A DNA stretch of 36,660 nt from Firmicutes bacterium ZCTH02-B6 (GCA_002159155.1 LZRQ01000026.1:1-36660), one strand, 5' to 3'. Positions 18,049-26,419 are shown, numbered from the stretch's first letter. Notes: generated by a model from the letters alone, not told the origin. A program made the numbers and translations.

Positions 18049-18882
18049 TCAGTCAAATTCCCAGCCCAGCTGCTCCAGGGTCCGCTTGATCTCGCGGCGC
18101 GTGGGGTGCGGCTTGGCCATCCGCCGAGCCGAATGCTCGCACCAGCCGTACAGCCGCGTCACGCCCGGCTGCCCGTCGACGGGTACCTCGCGGTTCTTGT
18201 AGATCCCGGTTTCGGCCATGATGTTGTCGTAGGCCGCAAGGCCTTCCTCGAGCGCCGCGTCGCTGTACTCCTCCATGTGCACCGTTACCTCGGCCGGCAG
18301 GCGCGGCTTGATCTTGGCCGGGCGCTCCGGATAGCCGACGGTCATCCCGACCAGCGCCAGGGTGCGAGGTGGCAGCTTGAGGAGTTGCGCCACCTCCAGC
18401 GGGCGGTTGCGGATGGCGCCGATGTAGCAGATCCCCAGCCCAAGGCTCTCCGCTGCGACGGCCGCGTTTTGGGCGGCCAGAGCCGTGTCCACCACCGCCT
18501 GAATGAACATTTCCATGTAGCGGTCGCCCAAGGGATAGCCCTGGCGCTGGCAGACCACCTCCAGCCGGTGCAGGTCGGCGACGAAGACCAGGAACAGCGG
18601 CGCCTGTCGAATATGGTCCTGGTCTCCGGACAGCTGCGCCAGCTGCTCGCGGTGCTCGGGATCCCGCACGACGATGATGCTGTACATCTGCAGGTTGGAC
18701 GAGGTGGACGCGCTGCGGGCGGCGGTGAGGATCGCCTCCAACGCTTCCTCGGGCACCGGATCGGGCTTGTACTGCCGCACCGAGGCATGGGACACCATCG
18801 TCATAATGGTTTCCGTCAGCACCGACTCCGGCAGCTGGCGGTTTTCCTGCTGAAACCGGCTCGCGGCCGTCAACTGGTACAT
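18049..18882 (-). CDS. nfsA: Oxygen-insensitive NADPH nitroreductase, NfsA/Frp family
   Basis: SVRQYKPDPVPEEALEAILTAARSASTSSNLQ...FLVFVADLHR...VVDTALAAQNAAVAAESLGLGICYIGAIRN...LLKLP...KPRLP... closely parallels the E. coli NfsA motif order. ATG 18882 has SD ggagg upstream. The ORF-track start at 19026 is an unsupported extension. Confidence 0.88.
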   Translation of the reverse strand: MYQLTAASRFQQENRQLPESVLTETIMTMVSHASVRQYKPDPVPEEALEAILTAARSASTSSNLQMYSIIVVRDPEHREQLAQLSGDQDHIRQAPLFLVFVADLHRLEVVCQRQGYPLGDRYMEMFIQAVVDTALAAQNAAVAAESLGLGICYIGAIRNRPLEVAQLLKLPPRTLALVGMTVGYPERPAKIKPRLPAEVTVHMEEYSDAALEEGLAAYDNIMAETGIYKNREVPVDGQPGVTRLYGWCEHSARRMAKPHPTRREIKRTLEQLGWEFD

Positions 18883-19175
18883 TCCCCTGCTACCTCCAAA
18901 GCGCGGTTGGCTACCGCATCCACTTCGTCTTATTGGTCGGTCGCGGGCTGACGAACATGGAATTCGCGTCTGACCCTGCGAGACCAGGTGACACCAACCA
19001 CAAGCATAGCAAAGCCAACAGCTCATGTCACACTTTTCCGGGCGGCAGAGTCGGGCACCCGTCGCTGGGCCGTAGGGCGTCCCCCGAATCAGCCGGCGAA
19101 TCTTGTGACCAGGAGCGGCTGGGCGGGAAGCGAATCATCCGGCAAAAGCCGTCGACGCAACAAGGAGGGCGCAGC

Positions 19176-19574
19176 GTGAGTTACCGGGAGCATCTGGGCA
19201 TGGTCATCGAACGCCGCGGCAGCGGGGAGTCGGTCGTCGTGCTGGACGCGGACGAGCGTCACCTAAATTCGTCGGGCATCATCCACGGGGGCGTCATCAT
19301 GAGCCTGGCCGACACCGCGGTGGGCGTCGCCGCGCAGACGTTGATCGATCTCGAAACATACCGGACCGTGATGGCGCAGTTGAACACGAGCTTTATCAAG
19401 GCGGCCAAGCCGGGTAGGCTCGTCGCGAGGGGTGTCGTTACGTCGCTGGGGCGTCGGCTCGCATTTGGCGAGGCGGAGGTGCGGCAAGGGGACACCCTGG
19501 TCGCCAAGGCCAGCGGCGTCGTGTACATCCAGCGGCGGCAACCGCCTGCCGGCCCGGGTTCCAGCCAGGGCTGA
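19176..19574 (+). CDS. PaaI-family hotdog-fold thioesterase
   Basis: ...LNSSGIIHGGVIMSLADTAVGVAA...VARGVVTSLGRRLAFGEAEVRQGDTLVAKASG... is typical of PaaI/YbgC-type hotdog proteins. GTG 19176 is preceded by SD aaggaggg. The ORF-track start at 18933 is an unsupported extension. Confidence 0.82.
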   Translation: MSYREHLGMVIERRGSGESVVVLDADERHLNSSGIIHGGVIMSLADTAVGVAAQTLIDLETYRTVMAQLNTSFIKAAKPGRLVARGVVTSLGRRLAFGEAEVRQGDTLVAKASGVVYIQRRQPPAGPGSSQG

Positions 19575-19581
19575 GGTCGAC

Positions 19582-19598
19582 GCCCGGGTTTCCCGGGC
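19582..19598 (+). terminator. Hairpin downstream of the thioesterase (possible terminator, no clear U-tract)
   Basis: gcccggg-ttt-cccgggc is a perfect 7-bp stem 8 nt after the stop. A second ggtttcccgggc copy follows at 19601-12. Confidence 0.4.
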
Positions 19599-19764
19599 AG
19601 TGGTTTCCCGGGCTTATGGGCCACCACGACGGGCATTCGTCCTTCCCTTCTTGCGATGTCTGACCCTGGCCCCCCTTTCAGCAAGATGGGACAATGAAAG
19701 TGAACCTGGGGAAGCGCGCACACGGCTTGCGTCGCGCTGACCCGAAACGAAAGGGTGGGTCGCC

Positions 19765-20271
19765 ATGTTTGAGCGCATCCTCGTGGCGATTGACGGCTCG
19801 GCCAACGCATGGCGCGCGCTGGACCATGCCGTCTCGCTGGCCAAGTGCATGGAAACCGGGACGCTGGGAATTGTGCACGTGCGGCCGTCCTTGGCCACGC
19901 TGGCCTACTCCTACGGCCTGGACGTGGCGGCGTCGCCCTACGGCACTTTCGCGGAGCGGATGGTCACGGAGATGCAGGAGCTGGAGAGCCGTTCGCAGGC
20001 GCTGCTGCATGAGGCGGAGGAGCGGGTGCGCCAGGCCGGGCTCCAGGGCGTCCGGGTGGCAAGGCACGCCGAGGAGGGCTCGGTGGTCCGGCAAATCCTG
20101 GACGTAGTGCGCCGGGAGGGCTATGAACTGCTGGTCATGGGCAGCCGCGGCATGGGCAGAGCGGCGGGGCTCATCCTGGGCAGCGTCAGCCAGTCCCTGG
20201 TGGCCAACCTCCCCTGCTCGGTGTTGATCGTGGATTGCCGCGGCGACAAGGAGGAAGCCGAACAGGCCTAA
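19765..20271 (+). CDS. Universal stress protein (UspA family)
   Basis: MFERILVAIDGS..A.RAL..A..LA... N-terminus and C-terminal LLVMGSRGMG....LGSVSQSLVANLPCSVLIV ATP-binding motif. Confidence 0.9.
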   Translation: MFERILVAIDGSANAWRALDHAVSLAKCMETGTLGIVHVRPSLATLAYSYGLDVAASPYGTFAERMVTEMQELESRSQALLHEAEERVRQAGLQGVRVARHAEEGSVVRQILDVVRREGYELLVMGSRGMGRAAGLILGSVSQSLVANLPCSVLIVDCRGDKEEAEQA

Positions 20272-20317
20272 GGAAGCCGAGGGGCCTAGGAAGTCGAGGA
20301 GCCTAGGAAGCCGAGGG
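20250..20317 (+). repeat. Tandem direct repeat, about 3.5 copies of a 17-18-bp unit, spanning the usp stop codon
   Basis: gcctaaggaagccgaggg (20266-83), gcctaggaagtcgagga (20284-300) and gcctaggaagccgaggg (20301-17), preceded by a degenerate copy ggaggaagccgaacag. The TAA stop of usp lies in the first full unit. Confidence 0.75.
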
Positions 20318-20353
20318 CGACGGGCCCTGCGGCGCCTGTAGCGAGAAAGGTGT

Positions 20354-20385
20354 GCCGGCCGGTACAAACCGGCCGGCTTCTTTGT
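20354..20385 (+). terminator. Strong intrinsic terminator after usp
   Basis: gccggccggt-acaa-accggccggc (10-bp perfect GC-rich stem) followed by ttctttgt. Confidence 0.85.
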
Positions 20386-20541
20386 ATAGCTGTAGTGGGT
20401 TGGGGTTGCGGGCCTGAGCGCGATGGGACCGCAACGCTGTGCTGGCGGGTTGCGGAGGGTAAAGGCAAGGAAGCCTCTCCTAACCCGCCGAATAGCTTCT
20501 CCAACTCAGCGAGCCTGAGGCCCAAAGGAGGCTCCGGGAAG

Positions 20542-22332
20542 TTGTTCGACGTCGGCCTTATCCAGTGGTTTCAATCCATGTCCAGGCCGTGGCTGGACCA
20601 GGTGGCCGTGCTGATTACGCACTTGGGCAGCCACTACGCCTACATGGTCATCCTCCTCTTCATCTACTGGTGCGTAGACCGGCAGGTGGGGCGGCGGCTC
20701 GTCAGCGTGGTGCTGGCTTCGTTTTGGTTTAACGGCATGGTCAAGGAATACCTCATCATGCCCCGCCCGGATCCAAACTTGGTCCGGCACCTGGTGACCG
20801 AGACGAGCCCCGGTTTCCCCTCGGGTCATGCGCAAGGGGCGATGACCATGTGGGGCTATCTGGCTGTCGCCTTCCGCCGGCGCTGGTTGACGGTGCTGTG
20901 CGTGGCGCTTATCCTCCTGGTCGGCGTTTCCCGGCTCTATGTGGGTGTTCACTTCCCCGGGGACGTCCTGGGCGGGTGGCTGTTTGGGTTTTTGTTTGTG
21001 GCCGGTTTCGAATGGCTGGTGCGTCGCGGCGTGGGCAGCCGCTTGTCGGTGCGCATGAAGATGCTGTTGCTCTTCGTTGTCCCGTTGGTCTTGCTGCCGC
21101 TCTACCAAACCGGCACCGCTGAGCTGATCCTAGGGTTCGCCATCGGATTTCTGACGTCGGACCTTCTGGCCGGGTACATCGCGCCGTTTCGGGAGCGGGT
21201 GCCGTGGCCGCAGCAGGTGGCCAAGCTCGTCATCGGCTACGTGGGCTTTTTCGTCCTCCTGGTCCTGCACATGCTGTTTGTCCCCGTCGGGATCCCGTCG
21301 GTGCTCGGCTACAGTATCATGACCCTCTGGATCACGCTGGGGGCGCCGCTGGTGTTCAGGCGGTTGGGGCTTGCCGGGGGTGAACCCGCGCCCAAACTGG
21401 ATGCGGTCACCCGGGGGTATGTGCAACACTACGTGGCGACCGCGGCAGCCGTGTTGGCGCTGGTGGTGGCCAGCACGGTGTACGTCCACCAGGCGGTGCC
21501 GGTGGTGGCGCGGCCGGCGATCCTGGACAGCGACCGGGTGCTGGTCATCGGTCACCGGGGAGCGGCCGGCCTGGCGCCGGAGAACACCCTGCCCGCGTTC
21601 GAGGCTGGGCTTAAGCACCGAGCGGACCTCTTGGAGCTCGACGTGCGGCGCACGCGCGACGGGGCGCTCGTCCTCATGCACGACGAAACCGTCGACCGGA
21701 CTACCAACGGCCGCGGGCGCGTGGCCGACCTGACGTTGGACGAGATAAAAGCCCTGGACGCCGGGTATCACTTCACCGCAGACGGCGGGCGAACGTACCC
21801 GTGGCGGGGGCAGGGCGTGACCGTACCGACCCTGGCGGAGGTGCTGACGGCGTTTCCGCAGGCGCGGTTTTTGATCGAGGTGAAGGAGGATACGCCCGGG
21901 ATGGCGGAGGCGGTGCTGGCCGCCATCGATGAGGCACGGGCGCGCGACCGGGTGATGGTGTCGTCGATGCACGACGCGGTGGTGCAGCGCGTCCGGGCCC
22001 TGGCGCCGGACATCCCGACGGGCTACGGCTGGAACGAGGGGTACCGGCTGCTCATCTTCCAGAAGCTGGGCTTGGGCGCGTTTGTCCCGCCGGTGGCCGA
22101 GGCGCTGCAGGTGCCAGAGTGGGTAGGGGCCTTGCGGGTGGCCACCGCCGGGCTGCAGCGGGTTGTGCGGGACAAGGGCGTCGATTTGCACGTGTGGACC
22201 ATCAACGACGAGGAGGGCATGTACCGGGCCATCGGGCTCGGCGCCCGGGGCATCGTGACGGATTACCCGGACCGGCTGCAGCGGGTACTGGCCGCTGTGG
22301 AGGACCGGGATCTCGAGTCCGTCTTCTATTGA
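20542..22332 (+). CDS. Fusion membrane protein: N-terminal PAP2 lipid-phosphate phosphatase, ~5 extra TM helices, and a C-terminal glycerophosphodiester phosphodiesterase (GDPD) domain
   Basis: All three PAP2 motifs are present: KEYLIMPRP, PSGHAQG and SRLYVGVHFPGDV. GDPD motifs are present: VIGHRGAAGLAPENT, LELDVRRTRDGALVLMHD and VWTINDEE. The start is uncertain: TTG 20542 (SD aaggagg 10 nt upstream) or ATG 20578. The ORF-track start at 20350 is excluded because it lies within or upstream of the usp terminator. Confidence 0.8.
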   Translation: MFDVGLIQWFQSMSRPWLDQVAVLITHLGSHYAYMVILLFIYWCVDRQVGRRLVSVVLASFWFNGMVKEYLIMPRPDPNLVRHLVTETSPGFPSGHAQGAMTMWGYLAVAFRRRWLTVLCVALILLVGVSRLYVGVHFPGDVLGGWLFGFLFVAGFEWLVRRGVGSRLSVRMKMLLLFVVPLVLLPLYQTGTAELILGFAIGFLTSDLLAGYIAPFRERVPWPQQVAKLVIGYVGFFVLLVLHMLFVPVGIPSVLGYSIMTLWITLGAPLVFRRLGLAGGEPAPKLDAVTRGYVQHYVATAAAVLALVVASTVYVHQAVPVVARPAILDSDRVLVIGHRGAAGLAPENTLPAFEAGLKHRADLLELDVRRTRDGALVLMHDETVDRTTNGRGRVADLTLDEIKALDAGYHFTADGGRTYPWRGQGVTVPTLAEVLTAFPQARFLIEVKEDTPGMAEAVLAAIDEARARDRVMVSSMHDAVVQRVRALAPDIPTGYGWNEGYRLLIFQKLGLGAFVPPVAEALQVPEWVGALRVATAGLQRVVRDKGVDLHVWTINDEEGMYRAIGLGARGIVTDYPDRLQRVLAAVEDRDLESVFY

Positions 22333-22352
22333 AAGCCAACTCGTATTGAAGC

Positions 22353-23117
22353 CTAGAAGAGTCGGCCGATGGTCACCAGCTGTACCCCGCGTTCGGTCAG
22401 CACCTGGCGAATGCGGGCGACTAGCGCCACGGCGCCGGGGCTGTCGCCGTGGACGCAGACGGTGTCGGCCTTGACAGGCACCCATTCGCCCGTGATGGCC
22501 TGGACCCGCCCCTCGCTCACCATCCGCCAAACTCGCTCGGCCACCACCTCGGGGTCGTGGATGACGGAGCCGGCCTGCCGCCGGGAGACGAGGCGGCCGT
22601 TGGCGTCGTAGGCCCGGTCGCCAAAGACTTCGCAGGCTACCCGGGCGCCCATGTCCCGCGCCACCTGTTCAAAGCGGCTTCCCGCAAGGACCACAACGAC
22701 TAGCTCCGGATCGGCCTGGAGGACGCCCTCCACGATGGCCCGGGCGGTGGCTTCGTCGTCCGCGGCGCGGTTATACAGGGCCCCGTGGGCCTTGACGTGC
22801 TCGACGCGGGTGCCGGCGGCGCGGGCAAAGGCCTGTAGCGCGCCCAGCTGATACGTCACGAAATCCCGGATTTCGTCGGGAGGCATGTCCATGTAGCGCC
22901 GGCCGAAGCCTTGCAGGTCGGGGTAGGAGGGGTGAGCGCCGACGCCGACGCCTTTTGCCGCCGCCAGCCGCACTGTCGCCGCGATCCGGGGCGGGTCCCC
23001 GGCGTGCATGCCGCAGGCGATGTTGGCTGCGGTGATGTAGTTCATGAGCTCTTCGTCGGCCCCTAGATCCCAGCGGCCGAAGCCTTCCCCCAGGTCGCAG
23101 TTGAGTGCGACGCGCAT
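22353..23117 (-). CDS. pxpA: 5-oxoprolinase subunit A (LamB/YcsF family)
   Basis: MRVALNCDLGEGFG.WDLG.DEELM.YITAANIACG.HAGDP....TV.LA...GV.VGAHPSYPDL.GFGRR is the hallmark LamB/YcsF N-terminus. ATG 23117 has SD agaggtgg upstream. Confidence 0.88.
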   Translation of the reverse strand: MRVALNCDLGEGFGRWDLGADEELMNYITAANIACGMHAGDPPRIAATVRLAAAKGVGVGAHPSYPDLQGFGRRYMDMPPDEIRDFVTYQLGALQAFARAAGTRVEHVKAHGALYNRAADDEATARAIVEGVLQADPELVVVVLAGSRFEQVARDMGARVACEVFGDRAYDANGRLVSRRQAGSVIHDPEVVAERVWRMVSEGRVQAITGEWVPVKADTVCVHGDSPGAVALVARIRQVLTERGVQLVTIGRLF

Positions 23118-23206
23118 TGCACCCCACCTCTTTTGCAAGCAGACGTGCGCAGATGTGCCGGCCGGGTGCCGTTCCGTGGTCGCCCGCGGTCTGCAACAGA
23201 GCCGAC

Positions 23207-23884
23207 TTAATCAGCCGTGCTCACTTGGTCCGGTATTGGCCAGTACAATTCGGCTAGGACCGTTGGGCTCGCCCGGCCGTTGGTCATGTCCCTTAGCGTT
23301 TGCTGCACGTGCTCGGTCAAGTTTTGCGGCACGAGAAATTGGAATTTCGCCTGCGCGCCGTAGTCGGTGGACTCTACGATAGCCCCTTGCTGCTGCAGCC
23401 AGTGCTGAACCTTGCCTACCCACTCGTAATCCAGGATGACGGCGAAGCGGGTGTGGCGCACCTGCCGCACGACGCCGCAAGTCTCCACCGCCAACTTGGC
23501 AGCCTGCGTATAAGCCCGCACTAGACCTGCCGCGCCCAAGAGGGTCCCGCCAAAGTAACGGGTGACCACAATGAGGGTGTTGCGCAGGTCCTCCCGCTGC
23601 AACACCTCCAAAATTGGCCGGCCCGCCGTGCCGCCGGGCTCACCGTCGTCGCTGAAGCGAATCGTTTCCGTCCCCAACCCGACCCGGTAGGCGTAGCAGT
23701 GGTGGGTGGCCTGGGGATGCTCGGTGCGAATACGGTTGAGCACATCAAGGGCTTCGTCTTCCGTCTCGACCGGGCTGCCCCAGCCGATGAACCGGGACCG
23801 CTTGATGACAATTTCCGCGGCTCCGAACTGCCCCAGCGTGCGGTAGCTGGGGAGGGACGGCTGCCCGTCCAACGGTGGCGTCAT
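23207..23884 (-). CDS. yigZ: YigZ family protein (IMPACT/UPF0029 N-terminal domain)
   Basis: ...EIVIKRSRFIGWGSPVETEDEALDVLNRIRTEHPQATHHCYAYRVG....RFSDDGEPGGTAGRPILEVL......N.LIVVTRYFGG..LG.GGL.RAY. ATG 23884 has SD aggag upstream. The rest of the 581-aa track ORF is antisense to the DapA-family gene. Confidence 0.85.
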   Translation of the reverse strand: MTPPLDGQPSLPSYRTLGQFGAAEIVIKRSRFIGWGSPVETEDEALDVLNRIRTEHPQATHHCYAYRVGLGTETIRFSDDGEPGGTAGRPILEVLQREDLRNTLIVVTRYFGGTLLGAAGLVRAYTQAAKLAVETCGVVRQVRHTRFAVILDYEWVGKVQHWLQQQGAIVESTDYGAQAKFQFLVPQNLTEHVQQTLRDMTNGRASPTVLAELYWPIPDQVSTAD

Positions 23885-24031
23885 GGCGCTCAGCTCCTGA
23901 CTTGTATATTGCGACAGCGCCGTGTTGGAAACCTGCGTCGAAACGCCCCATGGGCTGGCGCGGGGAAGGACATGGAGACGGAGAGGAAAATCCCTTAGGC
24001 ACAAACTGGCGGTACAGGAGCGGGTGCGACC

Positions 24032-24961
24032 GTGAGCGAGCAGCTGGCGTTGGCGGGTGTGTTCAACATTATGGCTACGCCCTTTACACCCGACGGTGAG
24101 GTGGATGCCGCAGGTATCCGGCAACTGGTGGAGTTCCAGCTCAAGGCCGGTGCTCATGGGCTGACCATCCTTGGCATCATGGGCGAAGCCCACAAGCTGC
24201 GGGACGCGGAGCGGGCGCTCGTGATCGACGCCGTCATGGAGACTGTGGCCGGGCGTGTTCCCGTGGTGGTGACCGTCAGTCACTATGCGACGGACGTGTC
24301 CGTTGGCTGGGCCAGAGACGCGGCCAAAGCCGGTGCCGCGGCGGTAATGGCGGCGCCACCCAATCGGCTGCAGAACCCGGCGGCCATCTTTGAGCACTAC
24401 CGGCGCCTCGCGGGCGAATGCGGGCTGCCCGTGGTCGTGCAAGATGAGCCGGTGCACACCGGGGTCGTCATGCCTGTAGATCTCTTGGTGCGTCTCGCCG
24501 ACGAAATCGACGGATGCCGCTACATCAAGCTCGAAGAAGCGCCCACGCCCCGCAAAGTGGGGCAAATCCTCGCACAGGTCCAGCGGCCCGTCGGCGTCTT
24601 TGGGGGACTTGGCGGCGTGCAGTTTTATTACGAGCTTTGCCGCGGCGCCGTCGGCACCATGACCGGTTTCGCCTTTACGGAGGTACTGGTGGAGGTTTAT
24701 AGGCGTTTCCGGGCAGGGGACAGGGAAGGGGCCCGGGCCGTCTTTTACCGCTACCTGCCCATTATCGCCTATGAAGGCCAGCCTGGGGTCGGCCTGGCGA
24801 TCCGCAAGGAACTCCTGTTCCGGCGCGGCGCCATCCCGCATCCGGCGGTGCGCCTGCCGGCGATGACGGTGGACCCGGGCACTCGGGCGGAGCTGGATGA
24901 AGTGCTGCGGGACGTGGGCCTTGCGGACGCGGGCGTTCCCCTCGCAGTGCAAGCCGGTTGA
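24032..24961 (+). CDS. Dihydrodipicolinate synthase/N-acetylneuraminate lyase family (class I aldolase) protein
   Basis: GVFNIMATPFTPDGEVDAAGIRQLVEFQLKAGAHGLTILGIMGEAHKL...ER. The typical DapA-family N-terminus continues with VVVTVSH... and the YIKLEE lysine region. Specific substrate is unknown. Confidence 0.8.
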   Translation: MSEQLALAGVFNIMATPFTPDGEVDAAGIRQLVEFQLKAGAHGLTILGIMGEAHKLRDAERALVIDAVMETVAGRVPVVVTVSHYATDVSVGWARDAAKAGAAAVMAAPPNRLQNPAAIFEHYRRLAGECGLPVVVQDEPVHTGVVMPVDLLVRLADEIDGCRYIKLEEAPTPRKVGQILAQVQRPVGVFGGLGGVQFYYELCRGAVGTMTGFAFTEVLVEVYRRFRAGDREGARAVFYRYLPIIAYEGQPGVGLAIRKELLFRRGAIPHPAVRLPAMTVDPGTRAELDEVLRDVGLADAGVPLAVQAG

Positions 24962-25039
24962 CAGCGACCGAAGCGGGTGCCGTCGTCACAGGGGCTGAGC
25001 GGACGCGTTGGCCGGCTATGTCAGGCTGACGTGGCGCCA

Positions 25040-25834
25040 TCAAACGGAGGGCGACAGGCCGCCGTCCACGTTGATGGCGCAGCCGGTGACGTACGAAGCC
25101 AGGTCCGACGCGAGGAACACAATGACCCGGGCGGCTTCCTCGGGCTCCCCAACGCGCCCGAGCGGGATGTCCTGGGCCAGGCGCTGGTAGTACTCGTCGC
25201 GGGTAAGCCCGGGCTGGGTCGCCTGCCAGCTCCGGTCCTGCTGCGCGCTTTTCACCTTGCCGATGCAGACCGTGTTCACCAGGATGTTGTGCGGCGCGAG
25301 CTCCTTGGACAACGCCTTGGTCAGGGCGATGCCGGCAGCTCGGGAAATGGACGACGGCATGGAGCGTGCCCCGGGGTTTTTGCCCGCGATGGCCGTGACG
25401 TTGACTATGCGGCCGCCGCCCCGTTGGATCATCCACGGCACCGTCAGGCGCGTGAAGCGGATGGCAGCAAAGAGCTTCAATTCCAAGTCGTGGGCGATCC
25501 GCTCGTCCGCCTGCTCGAGGAACGGTCCCGCATCGGCGCCGCCCGCGTTGTTGACCAGGATGTCAATCCCTCCAAAGTGCTGAATCGTCACGTCCACGAC
25601 CCGCTGGATGTCCTCGGGCCGGGTGACGTCGCCGGGCACCGGCAGAAGTTTGCCGCCCCCGCCTGCGGCCTCGATCTCGTTGGCAGCGGCCGCGAGGACA
25701 TCCGGCCGGCGGGCGCACATGACGACGTGCGCCTGCTGTTCAAAGAGCAGCCGTGCGGTCGCCTTGCCGATGCCTTCGCTTGCGCCGGTGACGATGGCGA
25801 CCTTTCGAGCGAGTCCAGTTTCGAAACCGCGCAT
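25040..25834 (-). CDS. SDR family oxidoreductase (FabG-like)
   Basis: KVAIVTGASEGIGKA (TGxxxGIG), NNAG, and the catalytic region ...SSISRAAGIALTKALSKELA... followed by PLGRVGEPEE. ATG 25834 has SD gggaggga upstream. Confidence 0.88.
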   Translation of the reverse strand: MRGFETGLARKVAIVTGASEGIGKATARLLFEQQAHVVMCARRPDVLAAAANEIEAAGGGGKLLPVPGDVTRPEDIQRVVDVTIQHFGGIDILVNNAGGADAGPFLEQADERIAHDLELKLFAAIRFTRLTVPWMIQRGGGRIVNVTAIAGKNPGARSMPSSISRAAGIALTKALSKELAPHNILVNTVCIGKVKSAQQDRSWQATQPGLTRDEYYQRLAQDIPLGRVGEPEEAARVIVFLASDLASYVTGCAINVDGGLSPSV

Positions 25835-26015
25835 GGGCGCGCTCCCTCCCTTGCGCTCAACCGATTCGGCGCCGCACGGCGGTTTCCTATGACGCTGGTC
25901 GCCGTTTCTCACCCGCCTCGTTTGGCCGTCGCAAGACCTCGCGGAGAAGGTCTACGTGGGAATGCGGCGGCTCGGGATTCGACCGACCGATGGGTGAGAC
26001 GCCGTCCCAGCGGTC

Positions 26016-26044
26016 TTGTCTCGCGGCCTCCGCTGGTGTATGAT
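26016..26044 (+). promoter_or_regulatory. Sigma-A-type promoter for the cobalamin riboswitch operon
   Basis: -35 TTGTCT (26016-21), a 17-nt spacer ending in TG (extended -10), then -10 TATGAT (26039-44). It sits about 30 nt upstream of riboswitch helix P1. Confidence 0.6.
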
Positions 26045-26070
26045 GCCGACAAAGGCAACCGACAACTGAA

Positions 26071-26232
26071 CTGATGCAGGTGCCCTCATCTGAGGGGTAA
26101 AAGGGAATCGGGTGCGAATCCCGAGCGGTCCCGCCACTGTAACCGGCAATTGTGGGGTCGCGGTCACTGCGCCATGCGTGGGAAGGCCGCGGCGTACATC
26201 CCGCCGGAAGCCAGGAAACCTGCCTGCGTCAG
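26071..26232 (+). promoter_or_regulatory. Cobalamin (B12) riboswitch aptamer
   Basis: Conserved blocks occur in order: aggtgcc; aaaagggaa; ggtgcgaatccc; gcggtcccgccactgtaa; the B12-box region gtcactg...gggaaggc; agccaggaaacctgcc. P1 is gcaggt (26076-81) pairing with acctgc (26218-23). Confidence 0.9.
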
Positions 26233-26296
26233 GGTGACGTACACGCCTTCGGGCTTGGGGCGGGTACGGGAACGGCAGCGCGCGTGCTGTCCCTGT

Positions 26297-26324
26297 AACC
26301 TGTCCTCTGCGGACAGGTTTTTTT
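26297..26324 (+). terminator. Riboswitch expression-platform terminator
   Basis: aacctgtcc-tctgc-ggacaggtt followed by a T-run (26318-24). It lies between the aptamer and the first transporter gene, consistent with a transcriptional OFF switch. Confidence 0.85.
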
Positions 26325-26419
26325 GTTCCCGTGGCCATTCCCCTGGTCTCACGGACGGCGCCGCCCTTGCGGTGCCCGGCCGGTCGGTTGCCAAAGGACG
26401 ACCAGAGGAGGCAGGCGCG

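Noticed and set aside
18933-19175. Upstream 81 codons of the thioesterase track ORF
   Set aside because: This region lies in the divergent promoter region shared with nfsA. The hotdog domain starts at GTG 19176 directly after a consensus SD.
20350-20541. Upstream 64 codons of the PAP2-GDPD track ORF
   Set aside because: This stretch contains the strong usp terminator hairpin (20354-85) and the structured leader, so it cannot be part of the coding region.
21130-22530. 466-aa ORF on the - strand
   Set aside because: It is antisense to the GDPD half of the fusion gene and runs into pxpA. Its R/P/H/G-rich translation marks it as a shadow ORF.
23885-24952. N-terminal 356 aa of the 581-aa track ORF (23207-24952, - strand)
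   Set aside because: This part is antisense to the DapA-family gene and has no YigZ similarity. The YigZ domain begins at ATG 23884, which has its own SD.
25951-25970. Inverted repeat agacct-n8-aggtct between the SDR gene and the riboswitch promoter
   Set aside because: The arms are only 6 bp, there is no second copy and no adjacent regulator gene; insufficient evidence for an operator.
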